Assembly (NCBI GenBank): GCA_030704615.1
Contig: CM060732.1
Span: forward strand, 58,838,001 to 58,902,000
Length of the DNA stretch: 64,000 nt
Reading direction: 5' to 3'
Origin: Takakia lepidozioides
Lineage: Eukaryota; Plantae; Bryophyta
The notes under the pieces were generated by a model, which did no database searches, was not told the DNA's origin, and saw nothing but the letters and a program-made list of their open reading frames with translations. Below, one piece after another: positions 1 to 13,200 of this stretch (positions are counted from its first letter, which is position 1; each line of letters begins with the position of its first letter). Both the position numbers and the translations under genes were made by a program.

Positions 1-171
1 AGGCTTGTGGACGCATGAACTGGCGCGCGGTAAAATATAAAATGAGGGGAAGAACTTCGATTAAGAAATGATGTCAGTCCATTTTGCCTGCAGAATGGCC
101 AGACCATTCTGCCTATGTAGTGTCCAGTCGAACAAAATCTAGGTAGGCCCTCTGGAGAATCAGCCACACTT

Positions 172-2374
172 TTAAGACTCTGTTGCCAAGGATCTAAGAG
201 CAAGCATGTGTTTTTTCCCTTGCAGTGCATTGCTGTATATGTTGGTTGTGTGCTCTCTAAATATGATTGATCTGTATACAGCCGGATGTGCTTTGTCTAA
301 AAGCTCAGGAATAGGTTCAATGTGGGCCTCCGGGCCCGGGTCGTAGAATGTGCCACTCGACATGCGGGACCGTTCAGCATTCACAACGACACGGTGCTCT
401 ATACTCTTGTACTTTCCGTTGGTCAGTATCTGCAGGAATTTTAGCACATTACAGAAAGAATCATGCATCCTGCAATTTTAGCTCCCAAATCGTGTACATC
501 TTATGCAAACTATCAGAGATAGCAACAACCCTGTACTTCAAAGATGTCACAACTGGTGTGTAATCTGGCCCACTTCATAACTCCAAGGCTTTGCAGATCA
601 AGCGATCAAGGAAGAAATTATCCATTGTACAGCTAAGATACAAAACTGTCCAGCAAGCACTCACCTCTAACGAGTCACCCAAATTGACGATTAAAGCACC
701 AGGGCAGGTCTGCACCCAAACCCAAGCGCCGTCCTTACGCACTTGGAGACCCGGAGTTTCGTCTTGCCAAAGTATTGTGAGGGCACCCACGTCCGAGTGC
801 CCGCCTAGCCCTATTGCAAGGTCTGGCTGAGGACAAGGAGGGTAATAGTTGACGTTCATGTTCTGGTAAGGTTCTCCGATCGCCTCTTCCAAACGGGACG
901 AATGCAACCCCAGTGATTCTGAAACCATAGCCAAGAGCCTTCTAGCGAGCTGCGCTGTTTGCAGGCTATACTCTTCAACCGTGTCTCTGTTCCAATACAC
1001 TCGCTAAAGTCAGCACCTTATCCAGGAAATCATGGTCTTTAATCACCTGCTAGGCATCATTCCGGACATTGAGTTCCAAGATCTCACCTTGATCTCACTT
1101 TTAATTTCGTGTTGTTCACATAGTGAGAGAATGCACATGCTTCTTGCGAGGGCAGCTCCCTTTCTAAGACTCCTACACTTTCACATGCCAGCCAGTGAAA
1201 GGGGATCGACGTGTAGACACAGGACGTAGTTGCAATGAAAGCGGAGTCCGAAGCCATCAGCACCTCATGACCAATACTGGACATCCAGACCCAGAAATTT
1301 TATATATGTACCATTCAATTGTCGTTGGGCGGTAGGTGAGCAAAAAATCTATCAATCCTAAGAGGTCGATCTGCCTCAATGGATTCATTTAAAGCCCCTC
1401 CTTACTAATCGGGCATCATTCGAGCTCTTGTATATATGGCATATTTCACGGTTCAAGCATCAAGTGCTGGAATTTTCAGGTAGAGATGCACGTACCTATA
1501 GTGTGGGGGATTGGCAGGCCAGTTGGTGACAACTCTGCGAGAAATTGGCAGAGTGCGATGATCAAAATAGTCTCTCCAATTCAAAATGGCAACCTCATCC
1601 AACACCAATTTGCTGCCGTAGCCTTCAGGAACGAAATGCACCGGGCTTGATTTTGCCGCATACTCCATCCTCTCTTCCAAAGGTAGCCTAAAGAAAGTTC
1701 TGGCACAATCCTGCATTCTTTCCAGCAAGTCCAGGGGAAGGCCATGGTTGACCACTTGGAAAAAGCCCCAATCTTTACAAGCACGCCCTAACTCCGCCAC
1801 AATTTGTACACGATGCTCCTCAGTATCGAAGCCTGCCATGTCGATCACTGGAATGCTCTCTGTGGAAGCAGTAGCTACGTTGTCGGATGGATCCTCTGGT
1901 GTGCGGAATCGATCAGGCACATATCGCAAGCCTTGCTCAACCAGCGCTTGCACTCTCATTTCCTCACCCATCAATATTGTAGTGTCCGCTGCTGGAACAG
2001 CATGGTTTACAATCTCAATTACTTGAAATTTAAACACAATGAGCAGAGTACGGTTGAGCTCAGTTAAATTGCTGGGACTGGAAATCAATTGTACATACAC
2101 AATAGACTTTCAATACTGATCACCTGATCACTGCAGCTGAAGCATCCATCTTGACCAGCATCAATCACCACGTGAGGTAGAACCCACCTGGTACTCTCTG
2201 TGACATGTTTGCCTGAGCTTCACACACATTAGCCACGCGCTTGCGGTCTACATTCGCATCTCTCGCAAAGCAAGTCCGGAGGGGGAAAGTGCCAAACGAA
2301 GTGCAGCGGGGATGGCGGTTGGATGTCCATGATGGACAAGGCAGACGTAGGTGCAGCAGCGAAGAGGTTGCCAT
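172..2374 (-). CDS. 2-oxoglutarate/Fe(II)-dependent dioxygenase (DOXC class, JOX/FLS-like), 4 exons: 2374-2188, 2021-1496, 986-665, 429-172
   Basis: DIOX_N motifs (RVQALVE, IPVIDM, ACKDWGFFQVVNHG, LNWRDYF), NYYPPCPQPD, HSD...H and RMS all intact. GT-AG junctions keep frame. Exon 1 encodes a Ser/Thr/Arg-rich transit-peptide-like leader. Confidence 0.92.
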
Positions 2375-2768
2375 GGCCGAGTGTTAGTGCAGATGCAGGC
2401 AATGACCCAGACAAGCCATGAGCTTGATTAAAAGTGCTTTAAGGAAGACAGATGGTTGGACAAGCAAAGTCAACAAAAGCTATCCACGGCTCTTCCCGTC
2501 CGTCATCGTCCTCCCCCACCATTGCATCACCATTGAAGCAGCTTACATGCGCCTACAGCTCTAGGAATCAAATTCACATTTTTTACATTCAGTTTTTCCC
2601 TCCTAACTTGCAACTCATCCCTCTGTTTACTTTTTTGCCATTCTTCGGGAAGGGAACACCTCTGGCCCCTTGAGGACCATGGGGAACCAGACCCCTTTGC
2701 AGGTCCGGGACCACAGCTCCTGTCTGGGGACGAACCAGTCCTTCCCACCGTAGGTTTGGATGCCCAAA

Positions 2769-2927
2769 AATAATATTTGACGCCTCCCGAAGGAAGCGTA
2801 AATTATGGTGTCTCTCACCCCAAAGGGTTATGCCTTTCACTAGGAAGGTGGACACCTTTGTGACACCAAGGGTGGATTGAATGCACAACCACTTCTGAGG
2901 TGGTATGTGCCCATTATCACTGGGCTA
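2769..2927. repeat. Dispersed ~160-bp repeat, copy 1 (copy 2 at 59405-59575)
   Basis: AATAATATTTGACGCCTCCCGAA...TTGTGACACCAAGGGTGGA...CACAACCACTTC...GGTGGTATGT...TGGGCTA is shared by both loci. Confidence 0.85.
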
Positions 2928-5900
2928 CAACTTGGTTGTCTGGTGCCCACCTACCCTAGGCATGTTCCAGCTTTTTGGAATCCACCATTGGATCGGCAAG
3001 AGCATTAATGGTGAAATCAACAAAGGTTGTCTCCAGTCGGGCATATGTGGACAAAAACTCACCTCTAAGTATGTGCAAGGGCCCAGATGCTAAGGCTCTT
3101 ATGCTCTTTTGTCAGATCTTGGATGAAAAGTAGGAAGTGGTTGGTGAATTAAAACACAAGCGATCCTTAGCTACTTAACTTGTCCTATAAAGTGATAAGA
3201 AGAGCCTAGAGCGAAGCCGTTTGAGGTCCTGTAATCTAGTTTACCAATAAGAGAAGAGTAGCCGGATGTCCAGATTGGCCTCTCTCTATTATTTAATGGA
3301 AGTACGATCATGCTGCTGGCAGGATGTTTTGAGTGATCAAACTGGTGTACGGGATGTGTTTGTATCTACATGATATCTCTCTGATGCTCTATAGAACATC
3401 GTGATTGGACCTAGGCACTGCTTCCTCTTTGATTGACTCTCCCCGTTGGCTTAGCACAACTCTAAAGGGCTATTTTCCCCTTTGCGACCCTTGATTCTAT
3501 AAGAGGGTAGAATATCCCTGCATTGGGAGTTTTGGTGGAGATGGGGGCACGCTAATTTAGCGTGCCCTTGCATGGTTAGTGGAGATCTCATAGGATCGAC
3601 AGGAAGGTACAAAGAGATCCCGGGTGGCCATGGCGGCGCCAGGAATGCTACTCTGTGAGCCTAGATGTGAGAGCTGAGAGCTTGTATGCGTGAGCTAAGG
3701 CTCCGGGCTCACGAATGGGAAAACCCCATATACTTGCTGATTACATGTTGAGTATTGGAAGACCTATAACCGTGTAGACTTATGACAGAATAACCCCCTA
3801 TTTCTGCGATCATTTTTTGAGTGAAATAATAGGTCTAACTGCAACCGTGCACCTTGAGATGATTGCAGACAATTCCTACAAGGGCAAGACGTTGCTCAAT
3901 GAAGGAGGCCATGACCATCTCAATTAAACATTCTTCATGCGATAGGGGCCAATATGCGAGATGAAAATGGTACTGCTCCGAAAGGATTTTCCTGGGTGTG
4001 TTCATTCTGGGTATAAGCAGGCGCATACAGGTTTCAATGACAAAATGTATCTCAGATTTTAGTATTTTATTTATTTTAAACGAAATAGGGGACAGTGGCC
4101 CGTTTCCATAAAATAAAATAAATAAAATTCCATAAATTTCTTTTGGGCCATTTCTGACATCCGAATCTTATTCTATAAATATTATAAAATTTCAGATTTT
4201 TATTAAATAAACAATGAGTGAATGACATAATTATAAAATTAGGATTTATTTTGGAGAGATATTATATATTATTTTAATTATTTTAATTATTGATATCAAT
4301 TTTGAATCTGAATATATATTTTCATATATTGATACCTTCATAGTTTAAATATCCTAAACAAATTTTGAAATGAGATTAAATGACATTTTAAAACTAAGTA
4401 AAATAAATATTTAGTTTTTCTCGTCCAATGTATGATCCTGTAAAATATGGGTATGAGTTTTTATTTGGATTTTAATCATCAAAGTCAAAATGATGCTATG
4501 AGAAACATGAACTATCTTCGAATATAAGATCCTTATACAGTAGTCCGCAAAAATATGTCTTTTTTCTTAATGTTTTGACAACCCATCCATGCTCATAATT
4601 ATTTTATATTATGGGCTCACGATTTCTAGCTCACCACTCACACGTCTAGAGTCCCTGTGGCTAGAGTCCCTGTGGCTGCGCTCACTCTGAGTACTAACGA
4701 CACCTTTCAATCATTGTGTCAATCTTCTAACTGTTTCTAGCTGCTCAGTGTGCCTCTAGCTCGAGCCGTCCTGCTTCATGCAACGAGAATACCGCTACGT
4801 TTGAATTTGTCTTTCTGGGTGTTGTTCATGATCAAACTCCCCCGGAATTTTAGTAGAAGTAGAATGAGAGCTTTATGTCAAAAAGCCCAGGACTAAGATA
4901 CCCCTTGATATGCAATCTGAGAATTGGATTGGGAGATTTGAACATATTGCGATAGCCGAAGAATGCCGAGTGGTGCAAAGTACCGAAGAGGCTCATGAGC
5001 AGCAGCAGTCTAAGATCCACGCTGTAAGTAGGAAGGCTGCTACAGCGATTGCATGCTAAAGAGATTGTTAAGCTGGTACATTTGGCCGCGGCGCGCAAAC
5101 GTCTGGCAGCTGGAGAGCTACTTTCTCGAGCCGAGCTAGGCATGCCCACATTCGTAGTGACAAGGGACCGACCTGGGAGGCTTGAGAGTTTTCGCCACCC
5201 TACGACGATCAGCCCATTTCGCCTCTAGGAATTTGTGAAGGGTGGTTCGGCCGCTGCACTCACTAACATTTGTCCAAAGTGGGACGACGAGCTACATCCA
5301 GGTGACTTTACCTAGAAAGAAGTCATTGCAGGGCTGGCGCATGATAACTTCCGGTTTTGGGCCTAGAGACGTGGTGATTTTTCCAAATTCTGTGTTTGAT
5401 CAGGAGAGAATAGGGCTGTGTGACCCCAGCAAACCAGAGAAGTACTCTCCTTTGTACACGTTGATCTCGCAAGAACGGGTGGTTCGTCACGTCACCAGCG
5501 TCTCCATGCCCCAACCTCTGTTCATGATAATTTGATGGAAAATAGAGATGATATGATGACTGATGTTGACGGTTGCGAACCAGACGCGTCAACTTTTCCT
5601 CATCTCTCAATAAAGGTCCTCGTCACCATCATGATGAAGTGATTTCGCCCTTTTGCTTCTGAATTTGATGACGCCTGTTCTCTATCTTTCAATTGAGTAG
5701 TACATTGTTGCAATTTCTTTGAGTAGTCGGCCATTGCTGTGTCCATTCGAGCAGGTTCAGAGTCTGTTTGAAAAGATTTCGAAACAGGAGGCCTCTCAAC
5801 CTTGTATTGCTAGCACATTTTGTCCAGGTCGTACTGCAAGTGCACGAATCTCTATTGTCGTGTTATAAAGTGGAAACAAATGTCATACCAGATATGCAAT

Positions 5901-5989
5901 ATACTCCAGATTCATTAGAGGATATAATCGTTGTCCAGACTTGATCAACTCTTTAGTGTTGTATCAATATCGATTATCTTGTGTCTACG

Positions 5990-7150
5990 CAAAACTCTTC
6001 AACAGGGAATTGGGGGACTGGATGAAAGCACAGTCCACCGCATGGTTTTTTTATTTTTTGATGACACAGTATGAGATTCTCGGTGGATAGAACACTTTAG
6101 GGAGACCAGGCAATTCATGCGCCAATTGACTGAAAAAGTACGCCCTCACATGGAGAAAAGAGACACTAGATTTCGATGTGTAGTGCCTGTTACCATAAGA
6201 GTTGCATGCGCCATGTCTGTCACGAAGCTGAGTATCTCCATTGTTCAGAAATGTTCGCCGTGGGAAATCAACTGTCCATTTAGTGCTCCGAGAGTTTGTC
6301 TGTGCAATAAACAATATTTTTAGAAACCAAAGTCGGTGGCCAGAGGGGGACGATTTGCTACAAGTAATGCTTGGTTTCCCTTTGGTTTCCGTACCTTTTG
6401 TGGTCTTCATGGAATCCATGGTGCTATTGAGGTGCTATTGACGTTACCCACATACATATAACGAAGCCTCGAGGACAATCACATCTGATTACTTCAGTTC
6501 CAAATCCAAACCTTATAGTCTGCAGCTCCAAGCCGTTGCTGATCACCAGAAAAGGTTCAGGGACGTGTTTGTAGGAATGTCGGGCTTAATGAACGATGCT
6601 CGCATCTTACGCATCTCAAATCTGTATCAAAAGGCAACTATGGGTGGCTTGTTTAGACCTGAACTAGGTGATCAAGGCATCAAACCTTACATCATAGGTG
6701 ATAAAGGATACCCCCTGCTTCCATGGTGATGATCCCCTACAAGCATGGAAATGTATGCCACACACTGTTGGAGGCCTTATTCAATAAGCATCTCTGCCGA
6801 GGAAGGAGCGTCGTGGAGAACAGCTTTGGAATTCTGAAAAGAACATTCAGAGAGTTGCTACTTAAAACTACTCTACACCTGTTATTTTTGCTCGACGTTG
6901 TGGTTGTTGTATAATCTACAACTTGATACTTGAAAGGAAGAATTTGGATATAGATGCTTTAATGGCGCAGTTGGAATTGGAGGACCGCATGAACAATCGT
7001 CCTGGTATAAATCTTGGTGTTCGGAGGGAAGCTCGGAACAATGGATACCAGTAGAGAATGGAATTGATAACGAAGATGAACCGGTTTTAGAACCTGCTGA
7101 AATATCAAGAGGTGCACAACGCAATATCTTGGAGCAGTTTCTTGCCAATA
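5990..7150 (+). mobile_element. PIF/Harbinger DDE transposase, degenerate
   Basis: Fragmented frames give THIHITKP, YSLQLQAVADHQKRFRDVFVGMSGLMNDARIL, IIGDKGYPLLPW and FNKHLCRGRSVVENSFGILKRTF (DDE_Tnp_4/HARBI1-type), with stops and frameshifts. Boundaries approximate. Confidence 0.85.
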
Positions 7151-7395
7151 GACCACGTTAGACCACGTTACAACAGATTGAATTACAATGGAAAAAATAG
7201 CAGGCCTGAATTACTGCAATGGCAAAAGTAGCTTGAATGTACAATGGCAAGTTCAACCTGAATGATTGGAAAATTGAGCTATTGAGCTATTCATCATAAT
7301 CAAAAGAATTGATTGGAATGGCAATGTTCAACTATTCGACTAGCTACTTGAAAATTTTCCAAAATCAAGAACTGAGTGGAATCAGCAAGTCTTGC

Positions 7396-8350
7396 CTATA
7401 CTTGGGTGTCTGAGGAATCGGCATCAAAGGTCATCGGTGTCGGCATGTTCTTTTTGTCTGTTATGAAAGCATGACATATAGCTTGGCTGAGCTGAGAGAG
7501 CACAATGACCATGTTCTGACTTGTCTTGTCAATCTTCCTATCACGATGCTTGAGGTACTGCATGTGCTCTTTGGCAGTGCGCACACTCGCTTGGTTACGG
7601 CGGTCTTCAATCTCCATGATCTGTGTGGTGCTCAGGCGATCCATAGCATCTACTAGAATCTTGCTGTTGTGATCGCTGGATTCAATAACCGGGGCACAGG
7701 TACTCGTCCGTTTCTGTTTTACCCCTGTGTAGCTTCCTAAAGTATGAGTGGTATGTAGAATTGGAGTTTGGCCGGAGACCTAACTAGTCAAATTGATAAG
7801 GAACCTGGCAGCCTCGTTGGTTGTGGTTCTCTGAAAAATCATCCAAGTCTATGACATTGTAGTCTCTTGCTGGCTGGTCCAAATTGACTCTTCCTTCGGG
7901 ACTATTATGATTCACTTGGTGGTCTTCTAGCTTCTCATCAGGGATACCGTCCTCATCGAGTAATTCTTGCATGAGTGACGTTGGGGTAGGTACATAGTTT
8001 CCATCGCATTTAGCGTGTATGTCTCGGACATGTCTTGGGGCATTGATGATTCGCTCGCCCTGAAAGGCCTCAATAGCCTCAATAGCCTCATAGAATTCCC
8101 TATTGAATGATCGAGGGAGATGGAACGGGGATGGAACTTGTCTTTTTCAATGATCGTGAGTTCCCAGCAGTAAGTGTTGTGGCCAATACCCTTGTGGTAG
8201 TCTGACAATTTTTTGTAGTCAGAGTTAAGGCCATTCCATTTATCCTTACAAATTTTGCCATTGCGTGCAAACCTGTTCTTCACAATCTTATGAAGTTCCT
8301 CCGCAATGTTCATCCATCGTTGTGCAGCGGGAACCATGTGTGCCCTGGGG
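7396..8350 (-). mobile_element. Harbinger ORF2 (Myb/SANT-like DNA-binding protein), degenerate and 5'-truncated
   Basis: RWMNIAEELHK...RNGKICKDKWNGLNSDYKK trihelix/Myb signature, convergent with the transposase. A coiled-coil-like C-terminal fragment lies at 7396-7644. Confidence 0.75.
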
Positions 8351-9120
8351 TCTACAAGCGCTCCATCGAGAAGGCTTAATGAGGAATAGTTAAGTCCGCC
8401 TTGCCTTGAGTAATGGTGGTCGGCAGGTATGTATCGGAATTGGTGTTGCTGAGTAAACCGTGCCCATTCGCAATCTAATGGGGATGGGGATTTGTGTATG
8501 CCATTGTATGTGTGGCCGAGTAGGGCGATGTCTATGTTAAAGTTGCCTGCTAATATGTAGTGGTGATGTTGGTGCTCAGATTGGGTGATTGTATATGAGA
8601 TTGTGCGTAATATATTGGGGATCAGTGTGAGGTCATCAGCATGCGATGACATGTATAAGTGTATAAGGGTGATGGGGTGGAGCGGGGGCATGTGTAGTTG
8701 GATGATTTGAAGATGAGACCGAAGGGGGATAGGAACAATTAGTTTAGTAGTGGTGCTGGGGGAATGATGTGTGGAGAGGATGCCTAGTGCGACTCCACCA
8801 CGGGTGGGGTGGTATGGAACGGAGTGCCGTGTAAGGCACTGTGTAGCGGAGAGAGGGTTCCAATACAATAGATAGTAGGTTGGGAGAAGTTTGTTTATAG
8901 AGGAACTATTGGGATTATTTGTATTGAGCTTGGTTTCTTGCAAAAGGATGATGTGCGGAGGCGTAGAGTCTGTGAGAAGATGAATTAAACTCTGGACACT
9001 AGTGGCCATCGAACCGACATTCCAAGAGGTGATGTTGAGTGAGTTTGCGTGTTGGGAGGAGGTGGTGCGGGAATGATTGGGCGAGGCGGGTGATGGAGGG
9101 ACGTTGGTATAAGTGGGCAT
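8350..9120 (-). mobile_element. LINE APE-type endonuclease fragment
   Basis: NITSWNVG, IILLQETK, RGGVALGI, YILAGNFN (GDFN with D>N) and LSLLDG motifs. No RT follows. Confidence 0.8.
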
Positions 9121-9409
9121 GAGTGGTGGGGATGGGGATGGGGGTGGCGTAGGTAGGGGTTGGTATTCTAGGATGGGGGAACAAGCTTGGAGGGTGGCAA
9201 AGAGGATGTTTTTTTGATAGAAATGGGAATTTGTTAGTGATAGTGTGGCAATCTTGTGCGGATGTAGTTGAGTTTGCTAGATAATCGCCTGGTATTTTGT
9301 GAACTTCCCCGGGGTTGGAAACAGTGTATGGATACAAGTGGAGAGACTTTGCCTACCATACTTTTTCATTAAAAGTGTATGACATCTCGGGTGTATCTGG
9401 AGGAGTATT

Positions 9410-9735
9410 GCCTTTGGAGGATCTTTGGGGGGTCCTTTGAGGAGCTTTTGTAAGACACTTGAAGAGCTCTTGAAGGGGTGTTTGGAGGACTGTTTGGAGG
9501 ACTATTGGGGGTCCTTGAAAACCAATATTTGGCAAACATTTGGAGCCTTTGGAGGGCTATTTGGAGGACTATTTTGGGGTCCTTGGAGGTTAATATTTGG
9601 CGAGCTTAAGGAGTCTTTGGCAACTTGTCTGAAGGACTTTTTGGGGTCCTTGAGGGCCAAGATTTGGCAGGCTTTGGGGGCCTTAGTGAGATTGTTTGAG
9701 AGATATCTTGAGGGCTCTTGGAGAGTTATTTGAGA
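9410..9735. repeat. Degenerate minisatellite (~65-70 bp period)
   Basis: Recurring GGACT(A/T)TTGGGGTCCTTG...ATTTGGC units. Confidence 0.6.
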
Positions 9736-10269
9736 GACCCTAGAAGGTAGTTATGTCTGTTGGTCATGAGCAAGAGCGTTTAGAGATAGGGGGAGACTAG
9801 TGGGATGAGAGCATTCTGGGATTAGGAATTGCTTTAGTCTCTCTTCCTCGTAGGCTTCCACCCTCTATGTAGGCCAAAACCTTTCCATAGGTGGAGGCAA
9901 GAGTCAGTCCGGGTTTGGGCTGGGGTGTCCTTGCAGGAGCGACACTGTGGAGTGTTTTTTTTGGTGTGGGGGAGTTACTGTCTTGATTTTCTTGTGTTTG
10001 GATCCCCCCCACACTTGCATGCTGGACTTTGCGCCATGTCAGTTTTGTGTGGGCGCTTGTTTTCATAGGAGGTTGGTCCGGATTTGATCACCGGCCAATC
10101 CTAGAGCATGCTGTCGGTGGTGAGGCTGGGGTGATGACCAGTCAGACCACCATTGTTTCTCTTATGGTGAGGCTGGGTTGATGACCAGCAGACCGTATGA
10201 GTGCTTGCGGTGGATGCAGGTGCAGGTTTATGTTACAAACCTAGTAGTCTAAGCCATAAGCCGCAACAG

Positions 10270-13200
10270 GTTCTCTACTCGGTTACCTTGTGGAAAGGGG
10301 GATTAGAGACAGATTTACAACAAGTGTGGTTGTGAGTTTCATCACGGAGGTGCCACCAGTTGCTGAGGAGAGTGCCGGTACGAGCACCAGCGATACTAGT
10401 GGGTATACAAGATAAGGTGTGCGGTTTAGGCCACCTTCACCTTCAGTGTCTTCTGAGGAAGGTTCAGACTCACAGTTAGGAGGATTCTCGCCGAGGGTGC
10501 AAGCCATTTCCGTGCTATTGTTGTGGGATACGATGGAGGAAATATATGGAGCTACCAAGGGGCCACGTCGGTACTCTGGAGTTGTGGGCACCATCGAGCT
10601 TGATGATTTCATACAGGAGTTTGATAGTTGGTATGATTTGCAGCAGATGCGCAATCCACAACTGTTTACGCCTTTTATGGCGTGGAAGGGGCTGTTTCAG
10701 CACCTTGAGGGGCCGCCCATGGATGACTACCATGAGTTTAGGCGGGGACATGAGGTGGAGATTGAGGAATGGCGGGTGTATTGGTCACCTGACTATGTCT
10801 CCATTACTAGAGGCACAAGGGCAGTGGTGACACCGGTAGCTATACCGGCAGCTTCTGCAAGCAGCAGTGGGACGTCAAGTGGAACAGGAGCTGGGAAGTC
10901 CACCCAAGCTCCTGCTGCAGCACCAACACCCGTGCCTGCCTTTAACCCAGTTGTGAAGTTCTTCGAGGAGTTAAGGAGAAACTACCAGGGGATAAGGACG
11001 GAGAATTGCGGAGTTTGCAAGAGTTCCAACGAAAGTCTGCCGAGAGTTTGAGGGAGGCTTACACTCGCATGAGACGCTTGATAAACGTAACCCAAGGGGT
11101 TACAAAGCTTAGGCAGTCCAGTTCTGGTATGGGATCCTGGACAAAGAGCTGAAGAGAAGGGTGCGGGATGCAACTCTCATACAAGTGGACCAACCCACCT
11201 TAACAAATGTGTTTTTGCTGGCAGAGCGGATAGAGCTCAATATGGTGGAGGAACGAGTGGTCATGGTGGGGTTTGGTCAGGAGATACAACGAAGTGGGGC
11301 TCCTAGCCAACAACAACCACTACCCCAACGTGCTCAAGGCAACAAGGGGGCTCAGGCGAAGCCCAAGGAAGGGCCGAGAGGATCTCAATTGCAGAGGTCA
11401 TTTCCTTCATTCTCAGGCCAACAACAGTCGGGTGTGACATGTTGGGATTGTGGAGGACCCCATGTTAAGAGAGATTGCCCGGAAAGAGGCAAAGGGTCGG
11501 CACAGGCACAGCCTACACAACTACAATGTGGGCATTGTGGCAAGTATGGGCATGAAGAGGCCCATTGGTATGACTTGCATCCTGAGCTATGGCCAGGCCA
11601 GTTCCAAGGGAACAATGGTGGCCGAGGACGAGGCAATGTAGTCCAGAGAGGTAGAGGAGGCAGAGGTCGGGGTGGAGGACGTAACTAAAACCAAGGAGCA
11701 CAGGGTCAGGGTCAAGGTCATGCATGGTGGATAGACTTGCCTAGCTAGAGCAACGTCTTGCTGCCATGGCCACTACTCATGTTGCGCCAGCTCCAAGGCT
11801 TGAGGTTCAAGCCCCACCTGCATAACCTCCTATGCCTAGGGAAGACCAGATTGATATGGGCTTCATGTGTGGAGCCGCACTTGCAGGACCATTGCATGTG
11901 GACTCTGCAGCTGCTGTCACTCGAGCAGCAACGCGTGCTCCCGAGCCAAGAGGAGCGGATGTGGATTTTGATCCATAGAGAGGGGAAGCAAGTCGACAGA
12001 CAAGGCTTCCCCTGTCTTTCACATTGGCTGAGACAGTACCAACCACACCATCGATGGTGCCAGCTCGTCCAAGTGTGTCAGAGGTAGAGCCTGCAAGAGT
12101 GCCAATGGGGAGAGTTGGCATGGCTCGGGGGATGTCAGTGGATGATACTGCAAAGCAAGGTGCGGCCAGTACATTGTTGGGGGCGGCTACGGCAATTTGC
12201 CAAGCTCCATTGTTTTCTGCCACGACAATTGCAATGCCGGGGAGGCCAGCTGCAGTGTTTAGACTGGCAGCTAGACTCTGTGAGAGTGGTGATGCATCGG
12301 CATTATCTGCAGGGATAGCGGATCAGGTGCAGTGCATGGATGCCCTGGATTCAAGGGTGAAGACAGCCACAGCTGCGCCATGGCAAGCGGCAGCTGCAAG
12401 GTTGCAAGAGTTGTCAGCTAGACCAGCCATTGAGCTTAGTATGGTGACTCCTGGGGTAGTCCTGGTGGACAATCAGGATGGTGTGTTTCAGTTGGGTGGC
12501 CCGCCCGGGAGGAGGTATAGACCACTGCGGGTCTTGTTGGACTCGGGAGCACAGCCATTGATGTTGGGGAGAGCAACAATTGCAGGCTTGGATTTTACAG
12601 AGGCGGATTTGGAGCCTTGCCATTTCCAAATTCAAACATCTTTGGGCGGTTTAGAGAAGGCACGAGGGATTACACGCCATGAGCTCTTCATTCGATTGCA
12701 GCCAGATCATCCTACAGATGGCTCTGTCATGAAAGCTAAAGCCATTGTTACGGACGCGATGTCTTATGATGTGCTTGTTGGTGGGGCTGTGTTATACCCG
12801 ATGGGCTTTACTTTGGACTTTTGGGAGGAAACGGCATCCTACAGGCCGGAATGGCAGTCAGGGGATGGTCGACGTGCACTGCTCCCAGTGCGGTTTATTG
12901 GGAATGTAGCAGTGGATCATATGAACATGATACCCACATTGGCTGCATTCTCAGGGGTGGCGGCTTAGGATGGTGAGCTCTTGGAGGGCAATAGCTATGC
13001 AGATGATAGGCCACCACCTGATGAGGACAAACAATTGATTTGCTTCCTCATGTGTCTGTTCATATTCCACTGTGGGGTACAGTTAGGAATTCGCATCGAA
13101 TAGCAGGCGAGTATGTGCACCAAGCATGGCAGGAGGCATATCCATTGGTGAGTGAGGGGAGTTCAGTGACATCACCTAGACTTCCTCAGTTAGCTCCTTT

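Noticed and set aside
10080-10270. 5' LTR and PBS of the Gypsy element
   Set aside because: A possible ...CAACA end lies at 10268, but there is no matching 3' LTR in the window, so boundaries are unsupported.
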